A DNA stretch of 64,000 bases. It comes from Candidatus Latescibacterota bacterium (lineage in GTDB: Bacteria; Latescibacterota; UBA2968; UBA8231). Numbering within the stretch: the first letter of the stretch is position 1; the number at the start of each line of letters is the position of its first letter. Positions 9,302-18,374 of this stretch are shown here, piece by piece. The notes beneath the pieces are model-generated. The model was not told the origin of the DNA and did no database searches. It saw only the letters and a program-made list of their open reading frames with translations. The DNA is taken from positions 3,744,001 through 3,808,000 of the forward strand of contig OZ220089.1 of NCBI GenBank assembly GCA_964291625.2. Reading direction: 5' to 3'. A program made the position numbers and the translations under genes.

Positions 9302-10213
9302 TCAGGCCAGGCCGAGCTCGGCCCGCACCTCGCAGACGGTCCGGTGCAGGGCGTCGTGGATCAGCTCGTCGTACCCGTCCCAGGGGTGCTCGCCGACGCG
9401 GGTGCGCGGGCCCACGGGCAGGCCCCGCCGGGCGAGGTAGCGCTTGGCCGACTGCGGGTACTTCAGCTTCGCCACCGAGTCCAGCAGGGTGAGCCGGCGC
9501 TGCACCCAGGCCGCCTTCTCGTGGCCGGGGTTGTCGCACAGCCAGGCGAACAGGTCCGGGTAGACGTTGGCGGCCACCGGCGACAGGCCGGCGGCGCCGA
9601 GCCGCAGCGACGGCAGGGCCGAGGCGGCGGCGGCATTGAACATGGCGAACCCGGGGTCGGCGGAGGCCGCCTCGGCCTTGGGACCGAAGAGGGCGGGGTC
9701 CCGCGAGGTGTCCTTCATGTAGCGGAAGCGGCCGGTGGCCGCCGCCCGGGCGACGAATCCCGGCGAGGTCACCCGGTGGTGGGGCTCGGGGCACTCGTAG
9801 AGGCCGAGGGGGACCGGATCGGTGGCCTCCACGAGCTGCTCCAGCGCGGCCAGCAGCACCGGCTCGCCGGCCTCCCGCGGGCAGAGCTGGTTGGTCAGCA
9901 CGACCACGGCGTCGACGCCGGTCTGGGCCATGCGCCGCACGAACCCGGCCTGCCGGTCCACGGGTCCGCCGAAGGTGCCGGTAGCGACCACGGGCACCCG
10001 GCCGGAGGCGTGCGCCACGACCCGCGACGCCAGGGCCAGCCGTTCGTCGTCGGAGAGGCGGTACATCTCGCTCGACTGGCAGACGGCGAAGAGGCCCTTC
10101 GAGCCGCCGTCGATGTAGAAGTCGACGAGGGCGTCGACGCCCGCGTCGTCGATGGAGCCGTCGTCGCGGAAGGCGGTGAGCATCACCGGCCAGAGTCCCT
10201 CGAATCGTGCCAT
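9302..10213 (-). CDS. Dihydrodipicolinate synthase (DapA/NanA-like) family protein
   Basis: PVMLTAF..DG.ID, CQSSEM..LS..ER, LYECP, YMKDTS. Confidence 0.9.
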   Translation of the reverse strand: MARFEGLWPVMLTAFRDDGSIDDAGVDALVDFYIDGGSKGLFAVCQSSEMYRLSDDERLALASRVVAHASGRVPVVATGTFGGPVDRQAGFVRRMAQTGVDAVVVLTNQLCPREAGEPVLLAALEQLVEATDPVPLGLYECPEPHHRVTSPGFVARAAATGRFRYMKDTSRDPALFGPKAEAASADPGFAMFNAAAASALPSLRLGAAGLSPVAANVYPDLFAWLCDNPGHEKAAWVQRRLTLLDSVAKLKYPQSAKRYLARRGLPVGPRTRVGEHPWDGYDELIHDALHRTVCEVRAELGLA

Positions 10214-10237
10214 CAGGTGACCTCCAAGGCGGGGGGT

Positions 10238-12484
10238 TTACCAGGGCGGGCGGCGGAGGGCGACATGGAGCCGCCTGCTGCCGCTGGCGACGCCGCCGCT
10301 GGCGAATACGGCGCCCAGCACCGTGTCGATCAGCAAACCTGCCGACAGACTGGGGCCGGGGTCGGCCTGGCCCTGGACCCGCCCGGACTCGATCCAGGCG
10401 CCCCCGTAGATCGCGCCGCCGAGCAGGTCGGGCAACCGCCCGAGTTGGCGAAGGTAGCCGGTGCCGGCATGACCGGTGCGCACGCCCCGGAACCGGTCGC
10501 GGTCGTACGCACCGAGCCGGAACGGGCCCCCCAGGGTGGACTGGTAGATGGGGGAGAGCTGGTCGTCGAGGGCCGTGCTGCCGGCCACCATGAGAAAGAC
10601 CCGGCCACGCTGCCCGACCGGGAGGAAGGTGGCGCTCGTCAGCCGGGCCTGCACGAACCCGGACGGCTGTCCGGGCGCGGTCTGCAGCCACCGCGCTTCG
10701 GTCTCGATTCGGGTCCCGCTGCCGGGCACGAGCCAGTGGTCGTGCCCGTCGTACACCCATCTCGCTCGTCCGCCGTGCTCCCATCCGTCCAGGTCCCGCA
10801 AGGCGGAGGCGCTGCTCTCGACCCGTGCGTCAAGGAAGGCCCCTTCGTACCCGATCCGGAGCTCGCTCCTGGGACCGAGGGCCACACCGAGGTCGAACCC
10901 GGCCAGGCCGCGCCCGGTCCGATACGCCGCCTCAGGGTCTTCGTCGACGGCCACGCGTTGCCGATTCCTGTACACGCCGATGCGGGGCGCCAGGAACACG
11001 GGCGATCCGCGGATGGGCAGGTAGTAGTCGAGCAGCGCATCCGCCTCCCATCCAAGCTCGAGGGCCAGGTCGAGTCTCAACTCGGCGTCCCGGGGGCCTG
11101 CATCCATGATGGTGAGGCGGGTCCCCCCCGACAGATCCAGCTCGCCGCCGAGATACTCGATCCCCGTCACGAGATCCAGGAACGGAGGACCGTGAGCCTT
11201 GTGGCGAGCGCGAACCCCGATCCCGGTGCGATCGCCGTCCCGCGCCAGGTCGTATCCGAAGCTCGCATAGCGTCCACGGCCCGCGAGCAGAGTCAGCCGC
11301 AGTTCAAGATCGTCGGGGTCCAGCTCGGTCCCGAGCACCGGCTCGACGGCCCGGGCGATCTCTTCGGCTTCCTGGCCCGTCACACCTTCCACGCGGACGA
11401 ACCGCGGTACGTCCGGCGAGGCAGCTTCTCGGCGACGCCGCTCCTCGACATGCCGTTCCCACGCCGCCGGTGACAACGACAGATGGGCCAGCTCCTCGCC
11501 CGCCGCGGCGGCCGCGCGGTATCCAAGGGCCCGGATGGTGTCGAAGCGCCTCCAGTCGATGACCGATACGCCTTCCAGCGCCGGCGCGATGACGTGGTCG
11601 GCGTGGTCGCCGAGCACCTGGCGAGTACGCTCGTTCATCATCAACGTGAGCGCCTGGCCCGCCAGGCCCACCCAGGACTGCAACTGTTCACGGTCTTGCA
11701 GCGGTATGCTGACGTCGACCGCGATGACGACATCCACGCCCATCCGGCCGACGATGTCGGCGGGCACGTTGTTGAGAAGACCGCCGTCGGCGAGCAGGAG
11801 GCCGTCCCGCACGACCGGCTGGAAGACACCGGGAATCGCCATCGTGGCGCGAAGGGCGCTGGCCAGCGAGCCCCTCGCGATCTCGACGACCGTTCCCGCT
11901 TCCAGGTCGGTGGCCACCGCGCGAAAGGGGATCGGCAGATCGTCGAAGTCGAGGGGCGCGGCGTGGGGGAGCGCCAACCGGCTCAGCAGCAGCTCGACAT
12001 AGTGGCCGGGGTCGAGGCTCGGCACCAGGCGCAGGCCGCCGCGCAGACCGAGCTCGTGCCGCACCGGGTAGCCGCGAAGGTCCTCCTTGCGCCTGTAGGA
12101 CGTGCGCCCGTACTCCACCTCGCCGCCGAACACGCGGTCCCAGTCGACGCCGGCCACCATGGCCCCTACCTCGGCGGCCGTTCGCCCCGCCGCATAGCTG
12201 CCGCCCACGAGCCCGCCCATGCTGGTGCCCGCGATCGCATCGACGGGGATCCGATGTTCCTCGAGCCACTCGAGCACGCCTACGTGCGCGAACCCGCGCG
12301 CGGCGCCTCCGCCGAGGGCCAGCCCCACGCGGGGCCGACTCACCGGCTGCTGGCCTTGTGCCGCGGACCCGGCCGCCGCTGTCGCGGCCGCGTGCAACAG
12401 GAGGCAGAGGACGAGAGGGCCGCGCGGTCGAAGTCGCCGCAGGCGATGCACGGCGTGAGAACCCGCTCCGTCGGTGAGGATCAC
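10238..12484 (-). CDS. Patatin-like phospholipase with C-terminal POTRA/Omp85-like barrel (PlpD-like)
   Basis: LGGGAARG, GTSMG, DGG motifs after a signal peptide; beta-strand-rich C-terminal half; start uncertain. Confidence 0.85.
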   Translation of the reverse strand: MILTDGAGSHAVHRLRRLRPRGPLVLCLLLHAAATAAAGSAAQGQQPVSRPRVGLALGGGAARGFAHVGVLEWLEEHRIPVDAIAGTSMGGLVGGSYAAGRTAAEVGAMVAGVDWDRVFGGEVEYGRTSYRRKEDLRGYPVRHELGLRGGLRLVPSLDPGHYVELLLSRLALPHAAPLDFDDLPIPFRAVATDLEAGTVVEIARGSLASALRATMAIPGVFQPVVRDGLLLADGGLLNNVPADIVGRMGVDVVIAVDVSIPLQDREQLQSWVGLAGQALTLMMNERTRQVLGDHADHVIAPALEGVSVIDWRRFDTIRALGYRAAAAAGEELAHLSLSPAAWERHVEERRRREAASPDVPRFVRVEGVTGQEAEEIARAVEPVLGTELDPDDLELRLTLLAGRGRYASFGYDLARDGDRTGIGVRARHKAHGPPFLDLVTGIEYLGGELDLSGGTRLTIMDAGPRDAELRLDLALELGWEADALLDYYLPIRGSPVFLAPRIGVYRNRQRVAVDEDPEAAYRTGRGLAGFDLGVALGPRSELRIGYEGAFLDARVESSASALRDLDGWEHGGRARWVYDGHDHWLVPGSGTRIETEARWLQTAPGQPSGFVQARLTSATFLPVGQRGRVFLMVAGSTALDDQLSPIYQSTLGGPFRLGAYDRDRFRGVRTGHAGTGYLRQLGRLPDLLGGAIYGGAWIESGRVQGQADPGPSLSAGLLIDTVLGAVFASGGVASGSRRLHVALRRPPW

Positions 12485-12509
12485 CGGCCAGAGCCCCTCG
12501 AAGCGGCCG

Positions 12510-13379
12510 TCAGACGACCGCCACCCCCGCGCCGACGCCCTCCTCGAGCTCGGACACGCTGGCGAAGGCGACGAGGACGCAGGTCACGGCGGGGTGCTGC
12601 TGGACCCAGCGGATGGCGCGGTTCGTGGGCGGCGCCACCTCGCCCGGCTCGCAGAGCTCGTGCCAGGGTCCGTTGACGATGGGGTGGATCAGGTCGAGGT
12701 CGGCCCGCGTCGGCTCCCCCCGCGGCGCCAGGCGGATCACCTCCTCGCGGTCGGCGGCGGACCAGTCGGTGCGCGTCTGGGCCTCCCAAGGCAGCCACTG
12801 GCCGCCCAGGGCCTTCATGATCAGCACGCCCTTGCCCGCCTCGCGGGAGAGCGCCAGGCCGGGCTCCTGGGTGCGGCGGACGTAGTTGTAGATCACCAGA
12901 TCGCCGTCGGCCTCCGGCTCGGGCCCGCGCTCGGCGTAGGCCTCCTGGTCGGACTCGTAGTGGCGGATCAGGCACAAGCTCCGCACCTTGCCGGCCTCCT
13001 TGAGGGCGGCGGTCGCCTCGCGCACGGCGGGACGGGTGAGCCAGGAGCGGGCATGGACGCGCAGGATGTCGATCGCCTCGCGGCGGACGTTGGCCAGGTG
13101 GCCCTCCACCACCCCGGCCAGGGCCGCCGGGTCGGGGTCGCCCACCTTGAGGGAGAAGTGGTGGTCGCCGCCGGGGCCCTTCAGCTCGTCGGGGATGTGG
13201 ACCTCGTCGCCGTAGCCCATGTCGAAGAGGTTGACCCCCAGCTCGGCGGCGCGCAGGTAGATGGCGCGCTTCTCCTCCGGCGGCGGGTGGCCCTCGGCGC
13301 CCTCGAAGCGGGCCAGCAGCCCGCCGAGGCCCATGATGCTCAACTCCAGATCGGTGCTTCCGAATCGCCTGCGTTCCAT
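12510..13379 (-). CDS. Aldo/keto reductase-like protein
   Basis: MERRRFGSTDLELSIMGLGG, GVNLFD..Y, IDILRVH, IMKALGG. Confidence 0.8.
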   Translation of the reverse strand: MERRRFGSTDLELSIMGLGGLLARFEGAEGHPPPEEKRAIYLRAAELGVNLFDMGYGDEVHIPDELKGPGGDHHFSLKVGDPDPAALAGVVEGHLANVRREAIDILRVHARSWLTRPAVREATAALKEAGKVRSLCLIRHYESDQEAYAERGPEPEADGDLVIYNYVRRTQEPGLALSREAGKGVLIMKALGGQWLPWEAQTRTDWSAADREEVIRLAPRGEPTRADLDLIHPIVNGPWHELCEPGEVAPPTNRAIRWVQQHPAVTCVLVAFASVSELEEGVGAGVAVV

Positions 13380-13413
13380 AGCCTCCCTACCTTTCGCCGC
13401 AAACATACTCGCC

Positions 13414-14817
13414 ATGACCGACCGCCCCAACATCCTCCTGTTCTTCACCGACGACCAGCGCTCCGACACGATCGGCGCCCTGGGCAGTCCCGTCCTCACC
13501 CCGAATCTCGACCGTCTCTGCGCCTCGGGCACCGCCTTCACCGACGCCTGCATCATGGGCGGCTCCCGCCAGGCCGTGTGCATGCCCAGCCGCGCCATGC
13601 TGCACACGGGGCGTTCCCTCTACCGCATCCAGGGCGAGGGAGAGACGATCCCCTCCAATCACGCCATGCTCGGCGAGACCCTGCGGCGGGCCGGGTACGA
13701 CACCTTCGGCACCGGGAAGTGGCACAACTCGACGGAGCCCTTCGTCCGCTCCTTCTCCCACGGGGCCGAGATCTACTTCGGCGGCATGGGCGATCACTGG
13801 AACGTGCCGGTCTGCCAGTTCGATCCCACGGGCCGCTACGAGGGCCGCATCCCCCAGACCACCGACTTCCGGGCCCAGTCCGTCTCGCAGCGCCGGGGGG
13901 ACCACGTGCGCCCCGGCGTCCACTCCACCGAGCTCTTTTCCGACGCCGTCATCCACTTCCTGCGGGACCGGCGCCCGGGGGATGCCCCGTTCTTCGCCTA
14001 CCTCTCCTTCCTGGCGCCCCACGACCCGCGCACCATGCCCCCCGAGTTCCTCGAGATGTATCCGCCCGACGAGATCGAGTTGCCGCCCAGCTTTCTGCCG
14101 GAGCACCCCTTCGACAACGGCGAGCTCCTCGTCCGGGACGAGCTGCTGGCCGGGTTCCCGCGCGGCGAGGACGAGGTCCGCGAGCACCTGGCCGCCTACT
14201 ACGCCATGATCAGCCACATCGACGCCCACGTGGGCCGCGTCCTCCACCAGCTCGAGCGCGCCGGCCTCGCCGAGGATACCGTGGTCGTCTTTGCCGGCGA
14301 CAACGGCCTCGCCGTCGGTCAGCACGGGCTCATGGGCAAGCAGAGCCTCTACGAGCACTCGGTGGGGGTGCCCCTGATCTTCGCCGGCCCCGGCGTTCCC
14401 GCGGGGGAGCGCCGCCAGGCCCTGGCCTGTCTCACCGACATCTTCCCGACCCTGTGCGAGCTGACCGGCGTCGAGACCCCGGACTCGGTGGAGGCCCCCA
14501 GCCTGGCGCCCTGCCTGGCCGACGGGAACGCCGCCGTGCGCGACCACGCCCTCTTCGCCTATCGCCACTTCATGCGGGGGGTCCGCGACACGGCGGGGAA
14601 CAAGCTCATCGAGACGGCCGCCGCCGGGCAGCGGCACACCCAGCTCTTCGACCTGGCGGACGATCCCTTCGAGACCCGGGACCTGTCCGGCGATCCGGGG
14701 CGGGCCGAGGTGCTGTCCGGTCTCCGGCGGGAGCTGACCGCCTGGCGCCGCGACCTCGGCGACGACCAGGAGGGCCAGGGCGCCGAGTTCTGGGAACAGA
14801 TGGAGTGGGACCGCTGA
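13414..14817 (+). CDS. Sulfatase (formylglycine type)
   Basis: RPNILLFFTDDQR, CMPSRAMLHTG (CxPxR), GKWH, PHDP, DNG, GKQSLYE. Confidence 0.95.
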   Translation: MTDRPNILLFFTDDQRSDTIGALGSPVLTPNLDRLCASGTAFTDACIMGGSRQAVCMPSRAMLHTGRSLYRIQGEGETIPSNHAMLGETLRRAGYDTFGTGKWHNSTEPFVRSFSHGAEIYFGGMGDHWNVPVCQFDPTGRYEGRIPQTTDFRAQSVSQRRGDHVRPGVHSTELFSDAVIHFLRDRRPGDAPFFAYLSFLAPHDPRTMPPEFLEMYPPDEIELPPSFLPEHPFDNGELLVRDELLAGFPRGEDEVREHLAAYYAMISHIDAHVGRVLHQLERAGLAEDTVVVFAGDNGLAVGQHGLMGKQSLYEHSVGVPLIFAGPGVPAGERRQALACLTDIFPTLCELTGVETPDSVEAPSLAPCLADGNAAVRDHALFAYRHFMRGVRDTAGNKLIETAAAGQRHTQLFDLADDPFETRDLSGDPGRAEVLSGLRRELTAWRRDLGDDQEGQGAEFWEQMEWDR

Positions 14818-14832
14818 AGCGGGGGAGCACCG

Positions 14833-15175
14833 GGCGCCGCTGAGCCGCGCATCCCCCGCGAGCCGGCGGAATACAGGAGCGAGATCCCGGTACCAGCGTG
14901 GCCGACCAGCTGCGGAGACCCGTCGTCCCGCTGAACGTCTGCTTCACCGCCGTCAGCGAGGTCGACGCCATCGCGGGTCCTGAGCGCCGGCCGGGATCCC
15001 GGATCGCAGGAGTGCCGCTGAGTCACGCATCTCCGGGCTCGCGCCACCGGGGCGCGGACCCGGCCGAACGGAACCGAATTCCAGGAGCGAGATCATGGCA
15101 CCGAGTGTGGCCGCACGGCTGCGGGGACCGGTCGTCCCGCTCAACGTCTGCTTCACCGCCGCCGGCGAGGTCGAC
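14833..15175 (+). repeat. Diverged tandem duplication of the upstream region, RBS and first codons of the 15095 gene
   Basis: 14874-14966 vs 15082-15175 about 85% identical by manual alignment; 14833-14857 also resembles 15012-15035. Confidence 0.85.
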
Positions 15176-16033
15176 CTGCCGGCCATGGTCCGCTACGCCG
15201 ACTGGCTGTGCGCCCAGGGGGTGCCGGTGCTCCTGCTCACCTACGGCAGCAGCGAGTACGCCTGGCTCTCCGACGACGACATCTACCGCCTGACGGCGGC
15301 GATCTCCGAGAGCGTCGCCGGGCGCGCCTGCTTCGTCACCTCCTCCGCCTTCTGGCCGGCCAAGGTCTGCGCCCCCTTCCTGCGCCATGCCCAGGAGGTC
15401 GGCGCCGACGCGGTGAAGGTGCAGATCAACCCGTGGGCCCTGTCCGGCTCAGGGGAGCGCAAGGCGGAGCTGCTGCGCACCTACTTCGACGAGGCCGGGG
15501 AGGGCTCGACGATCCCCCTGCTCCTGTGGCTGAACAGCGGCGGCGGGCCGTCGCTGCCGGTGGAGGTGGTGGCCGAGATGGCCGGGCGGGAACGCGTCGT
15601 GGGCCTGAAGAACGACGACCACCCCTTCTACGACTACTACGACCTGTGCCGGGCCACGAAGGACGAAGAGTTCGCCGTCCTCAGCGGCGGCCAGATGCGC
15701 AACTTCGTCCTCGGCCACCAGCTCGGCTCCGCCGGGTACCTGTGCACCGCCGCCCCCTTCCGGCCCGACGTGGCCCTGGCCTTCTACGACATCCTCGCCC
15801 GGGGCGACTACGACGGCGCCTGGCGGGCGGTGGCCCGCTGGGAGGACCGCTGGCTGTCCGCGGCCGTGGAGATCGGCTGGCTGCGGGCGATCAAGACCGC
15901 CCTGTTCCTGCACGGCCTGCAGCCCTCGGACCGCCTCGGCGGCACCTGGACCGAGGCCACCCCCGACGAGCGCGAGGCCGTGGGGCGGGTCCTGACCGAG
16001 GTCTTCGGACCGATCGAGAGGGTGGAGTTGTGA
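15095..16033 (+). CDS. Dihydrodipicolinate synthase family protein
   Basis: PVVPL..F...GEVD, TYGSSEY..LS, GADAV, GLKND; AGGAG RBS. Confidence 0.85.
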   Translation: MAPSVAARLRGPVVPLNVCFTAAGEVDLPAMVRYADWLCAQGVPVLLLTYGSSEYAWLSDDDIYRLTAAISESVAGRACFVTSSAFWPAKVCAPFLRHAQEVGADAVKVQINPWALSGSGERKAELLRTYFDEAGEGSTIPLLLWLNSGGGPSLPVEVVAEMAGRERVVGLKNDDHPFYDYYDLCRATKDEEFAVLSGGQMRNFVLGHQLGSAGYLCTAAPFRPDVALAFYDILARGDYDGAWRAVARWEDRWLSAAVEIGWLRAIKTALFLHGLQPSDRLGGTWTEATPDEREAVGRVLTEVFGPIERVEL

Positions 16034-16051
16034 GCGACTTGGCGGCGGGGG

Positions 16052-16246
16052 CTATCGGGTCCCGACCTCGGGCACCGAAAGGCCGCGACAGATCTTCTGG
16101 GCTAGGCGGTTGGGTATCTCAGTGTGGCGCGGGATGGCTTCGACGGCACCCGTGTCTGGGCTGTACCACAGTGAATGGGCCCGTCCCTCCCGTTTGAGGC
16201 GACACCCATGTCTTCTAAGGTGCCGTAGCAGCCCGCCCCGCTTCAC
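16052..16246 (-). CDS. hicA: HicA-family mRNA interferase toxin
   Basis: 64 aa, MKRGGLLRHL...REGRAHSLW...IPRHTEI...KICRGL; GTG start overlaps the hicB stop. Confidence 0.85.
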   Translation of the reverse strand: MKRGGLLRHLRRHGCRLKREGRAHSLWYSPDTGAVEAIPRHTEIPNRLAQKICRGLSVPEVGTR

Positions 16247-16458
16247 GGGACGCTGATGCTCTCCCGGATGGCATCTGGCGGGACGGCTCGCAGGCCCTCC
16301 TCGCGGCGATCCTCGAGGATGAGCGCAATAGCCTCGGCCAGGCTCGCGCGAACCTCGTCCCTGGTTCGGCCCTGACCATTGGCCCCGGGGATCTCCGGGC
16401 ACCAGGCGATGAACCAGTCCCCTTCCTCTTCGATGATCGCCGTGAACTCATTCTTCAT
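16243..16458 (-). CDS. hicB: HicB-family antitoxin (short form, no DNA-binding domain)
   Basis: FTAIIEEEGDWFIAWCPEIPGANGQG.T..E....L.EAI. Confidence 0.88.
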   Translation of the reverse strand: MKNEFTAIIEEEGDWFIAWCPEIPGANGQGRTRDEVRASLAEAIALILEDRREEGLRAVPPDAIRESISVP

Positions 16459-16556
16459 GATACAGCCTCGCCGGGTTGAGGACGGTCCGTTCGAATAACG
16501 CCACGAGGTCCTTGTCCGACAAGCGCGGGGTGTCAAGGGTAGATCCTGAGGATAAT

Positions 16557-16586
16557 CCCAACGCCAGCCCCTCCCCGTTCGTCATT
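16557..16586 (+). promoter_or_regulatory. Putative ECF-sigma autoregulatory promoter
   Basis: AAC 16560-16562, 17-nt spacer, CGTC 16580-16583, about 28 nt before the ECF sigma start. Confidence 0.45.
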
Positions 16587-16610
16587 CAGGTGTGAGAGCA
16601 GACGCCCCGG

Positions 16611-17081
16611 ATGACGATCGACGGCCTCTACGAGGAGCACGAGGAGAGCCTGCAGCGGCAGGCGTTCCGCCTGACGCGGGATGCCGACGCCGCAGAGGAC
16701 CTGGTGCAGGAGACCTTCGTCCGGGCCCTGGGGCACCGGCTGCTGCTGGCGCAACTGAACCGGCACCAGCGGCTCGCCTGGCTGAGGCGGACCTTGAAGC
16801 GCCTGTTCCTGGACCGGCGGGCGGAGCGGCAGCGTCGGGCCGCCCTCCTGGAGGTCTACGCGGGCGAGGTCCCTGCGGCGGTCGATCCCGTGGAGGACGA
16901 CGGCTTCGATCCCTTCGACCTGGCGCCGGCCGAGGACCGCGAGCTGCTGGAGATGCGCTACCGGCAGGGCCTCTCGAGCGCCGAGATCGCGGCCGAGCTG
17001 GACCTGCCTCCCGGCACGGTTCGCTGGCGTCTGCACCGGGCGGTCCGCCGCATGCGGGCCCACAAGCACCGCTTCCTCTGA
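16611..17081 (+). CDS. ECF-type RNA polymerase sigma-70 factor
   Basis: DAAEDLVQETF, AWL, EIAAELDLPPGTVRWRLHRA. Confidence 0.92.
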   Translation: MTIDGLYEEHEESLQRQAFRLTRDADAAEDLVQETFVRALGHRLLLAQLNRHQRLAWLRRTLKRLFLDRRAERQRRAALLEVYAGEVPAAVDPVEDDGFDPFDLAPAEDRELLEMRYRQGLSSAEIAAELDLPPGTVRWRLHRAVRRMRAHKHRFL

Positions 17082-17107
17082 GGCGGGACAAGACGAAGGA
17101 GAAGACC

Positions 17108-18370
17108 ATGAGCTCCGAGCAGCCCCCGGCGGGCAAGGCCATCGGCAACGTCGGCATCCTGGACATTCGCGAGGCCACGGAAGAGGCCCTCGGCGGGATC
17201 GGCGCCATCGGCAACGTGGGGATGATCCTCTACTCGCCGGCGACGGCCGGGTGGGTCACGAGGCTGAGCGCGGGGAATGTGGGCTGTACCCTTCAGGTAC
17301 CCGCCGGCGCGTCCGTCATGACGGGCACCGAGACGTGGAGCCGGACATCGATCGAGGGGAAGGAACCCCTCCGTCTGGTCGTCACCGGCAAGCTCCTCGT
17401 GCACCCGCACGTCCCCCGCGAGACCCTGGAAGAGAACCTGGAGAGCCTGGCCGTGGTCGGCGAGGTCACCAGCCCGGACCATCTGGCCGGCGTCATTCGG
17501 GCCAGGGCGCGCGATGTCACGGGCCGGCTCACCGCCTATCCCTGGGAGGAAGGGGGCCGCTTCTTCGCCGACAAGGTCACCCTGGACGGCCGTTTCCTGG
17601 AGGACCTGGGGGAGGGCTCCCACATCGTCGCCCTGGGCGGCGTCAGCGCTCCCGAGGTGCTGGACGACGAGCTGCTGCGGCGCAAGGTTTCGTCCCTCTA
17701 CATCGGGGGCCGGCTCCACTGCCGGGAGGAGAACCTCGCGGCGCTGCGCTCGCGGCTCCACGGCCGCAGCCCGTCGCCGAGAACCACCGCCGTTCCCGCC
17801 GGGTTCGAGGCGGTGGAGGGGAGGCTTCGGTTGGACATGGCCGCCCTGGGATCCCTGCCGGGGCGCCGGCTCTACTGCACGGGGCTGGTCGAGGTCGAGG
17901 CCGAGGTCGAGGCGGAGGCGCTGGAGGAAGCGGTCGACGCGCTTCAGGCGACCCGGCTGCTCGTCGCCCCGGCCCATCTCGAGGGGGCCCTGGCGGCGCG
18001 CTGCAACCTCCTGCAGACGAAAGCCGTCTTCTACGAAGGCGAGCTGTGGCACATCGAGGATGAGAGCGAGGACAAGGCCGAGCTGCTCCCCTCCCGCTTC
18101 GAGTGGCTGGACGGCAAGGCGACCCTGCTGGTGCGCGGAGACCTGCGGATCGCCGCCGACATCGACCCGCGGGTCCTGGCCGACCGCCTGCACAAGGTCC
18201 ACAATCTCGGCCGGATCGTCTGCACACCGGAGCAGATGGGGGCCGTGCAGGCTCGCCTCGGCCTGGACGAGGGGCAGCTGAAGGCCAGGGCCGCCGGCGA
18301 CCGGGCGAAGGGTCCGGAGGCCAAGGGCGGGAAGGACGGAATCCAGAACGTCGGCTATCTTCGCCTGTGA
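17108..18370 (+). CDS. Hypothetical soluble repeat protein co-transcribed with the ECF sigma
   Basis: AAGGAG RBS; GNVG motif three times at the N-terminus, QNVG at the C-terminus, internal repeats. Confidence 0.75.
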   Translation: MSSEQPPAGKAIGNVGILDIREATEEALGGIGAIGNVGMILYSPATAGWVTRLSAGNVGCTLQVPAGASVMTGTETWSRTSIEGKEPLRLVVTGKLLVHPHVPRETLEENLESLAVVGEVTSPDHLAGVIRARARDVTGRLTAYPWEEGGRFFADKVTLDGRFLEDLGEGSHIVALGGVSAPEVLDDELLRRKVSSLYIGGRLHCREENLAALRSRLHGRSPSPRTTAVPAGFEAVEGRLRLDMAALGSLPGRRLYCTGLVEVEAEVEAEALEEAVDALQATRLLVAPAHLEGALAARCNLLQTKAVFYEGELWHIEDESEDKAELLPSRFEWLDGKATLLVRGDLRIAADIDPRVLADRLHKVHNLGRIVCTPEQMGAVQARLGLDEGQLKARAAGDRAKGPEAKGGKDGIQNVGYLRL

Positions 18371-18374
18371 GCCC

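Noticed and set aside
14874-15175. Possible DGR template/variable repeat pair
   Set aside because: Differences are not confined to adenines, the repeat covers the gene 5' end, and no reverse transcriptase is in the window
16511-16523. Palindrome CTTGTC-C-GACAAG upstream of hicB
   Set aside because: Only 6-bp arms and this HicB lacks a DNA-binding domain; may be chance
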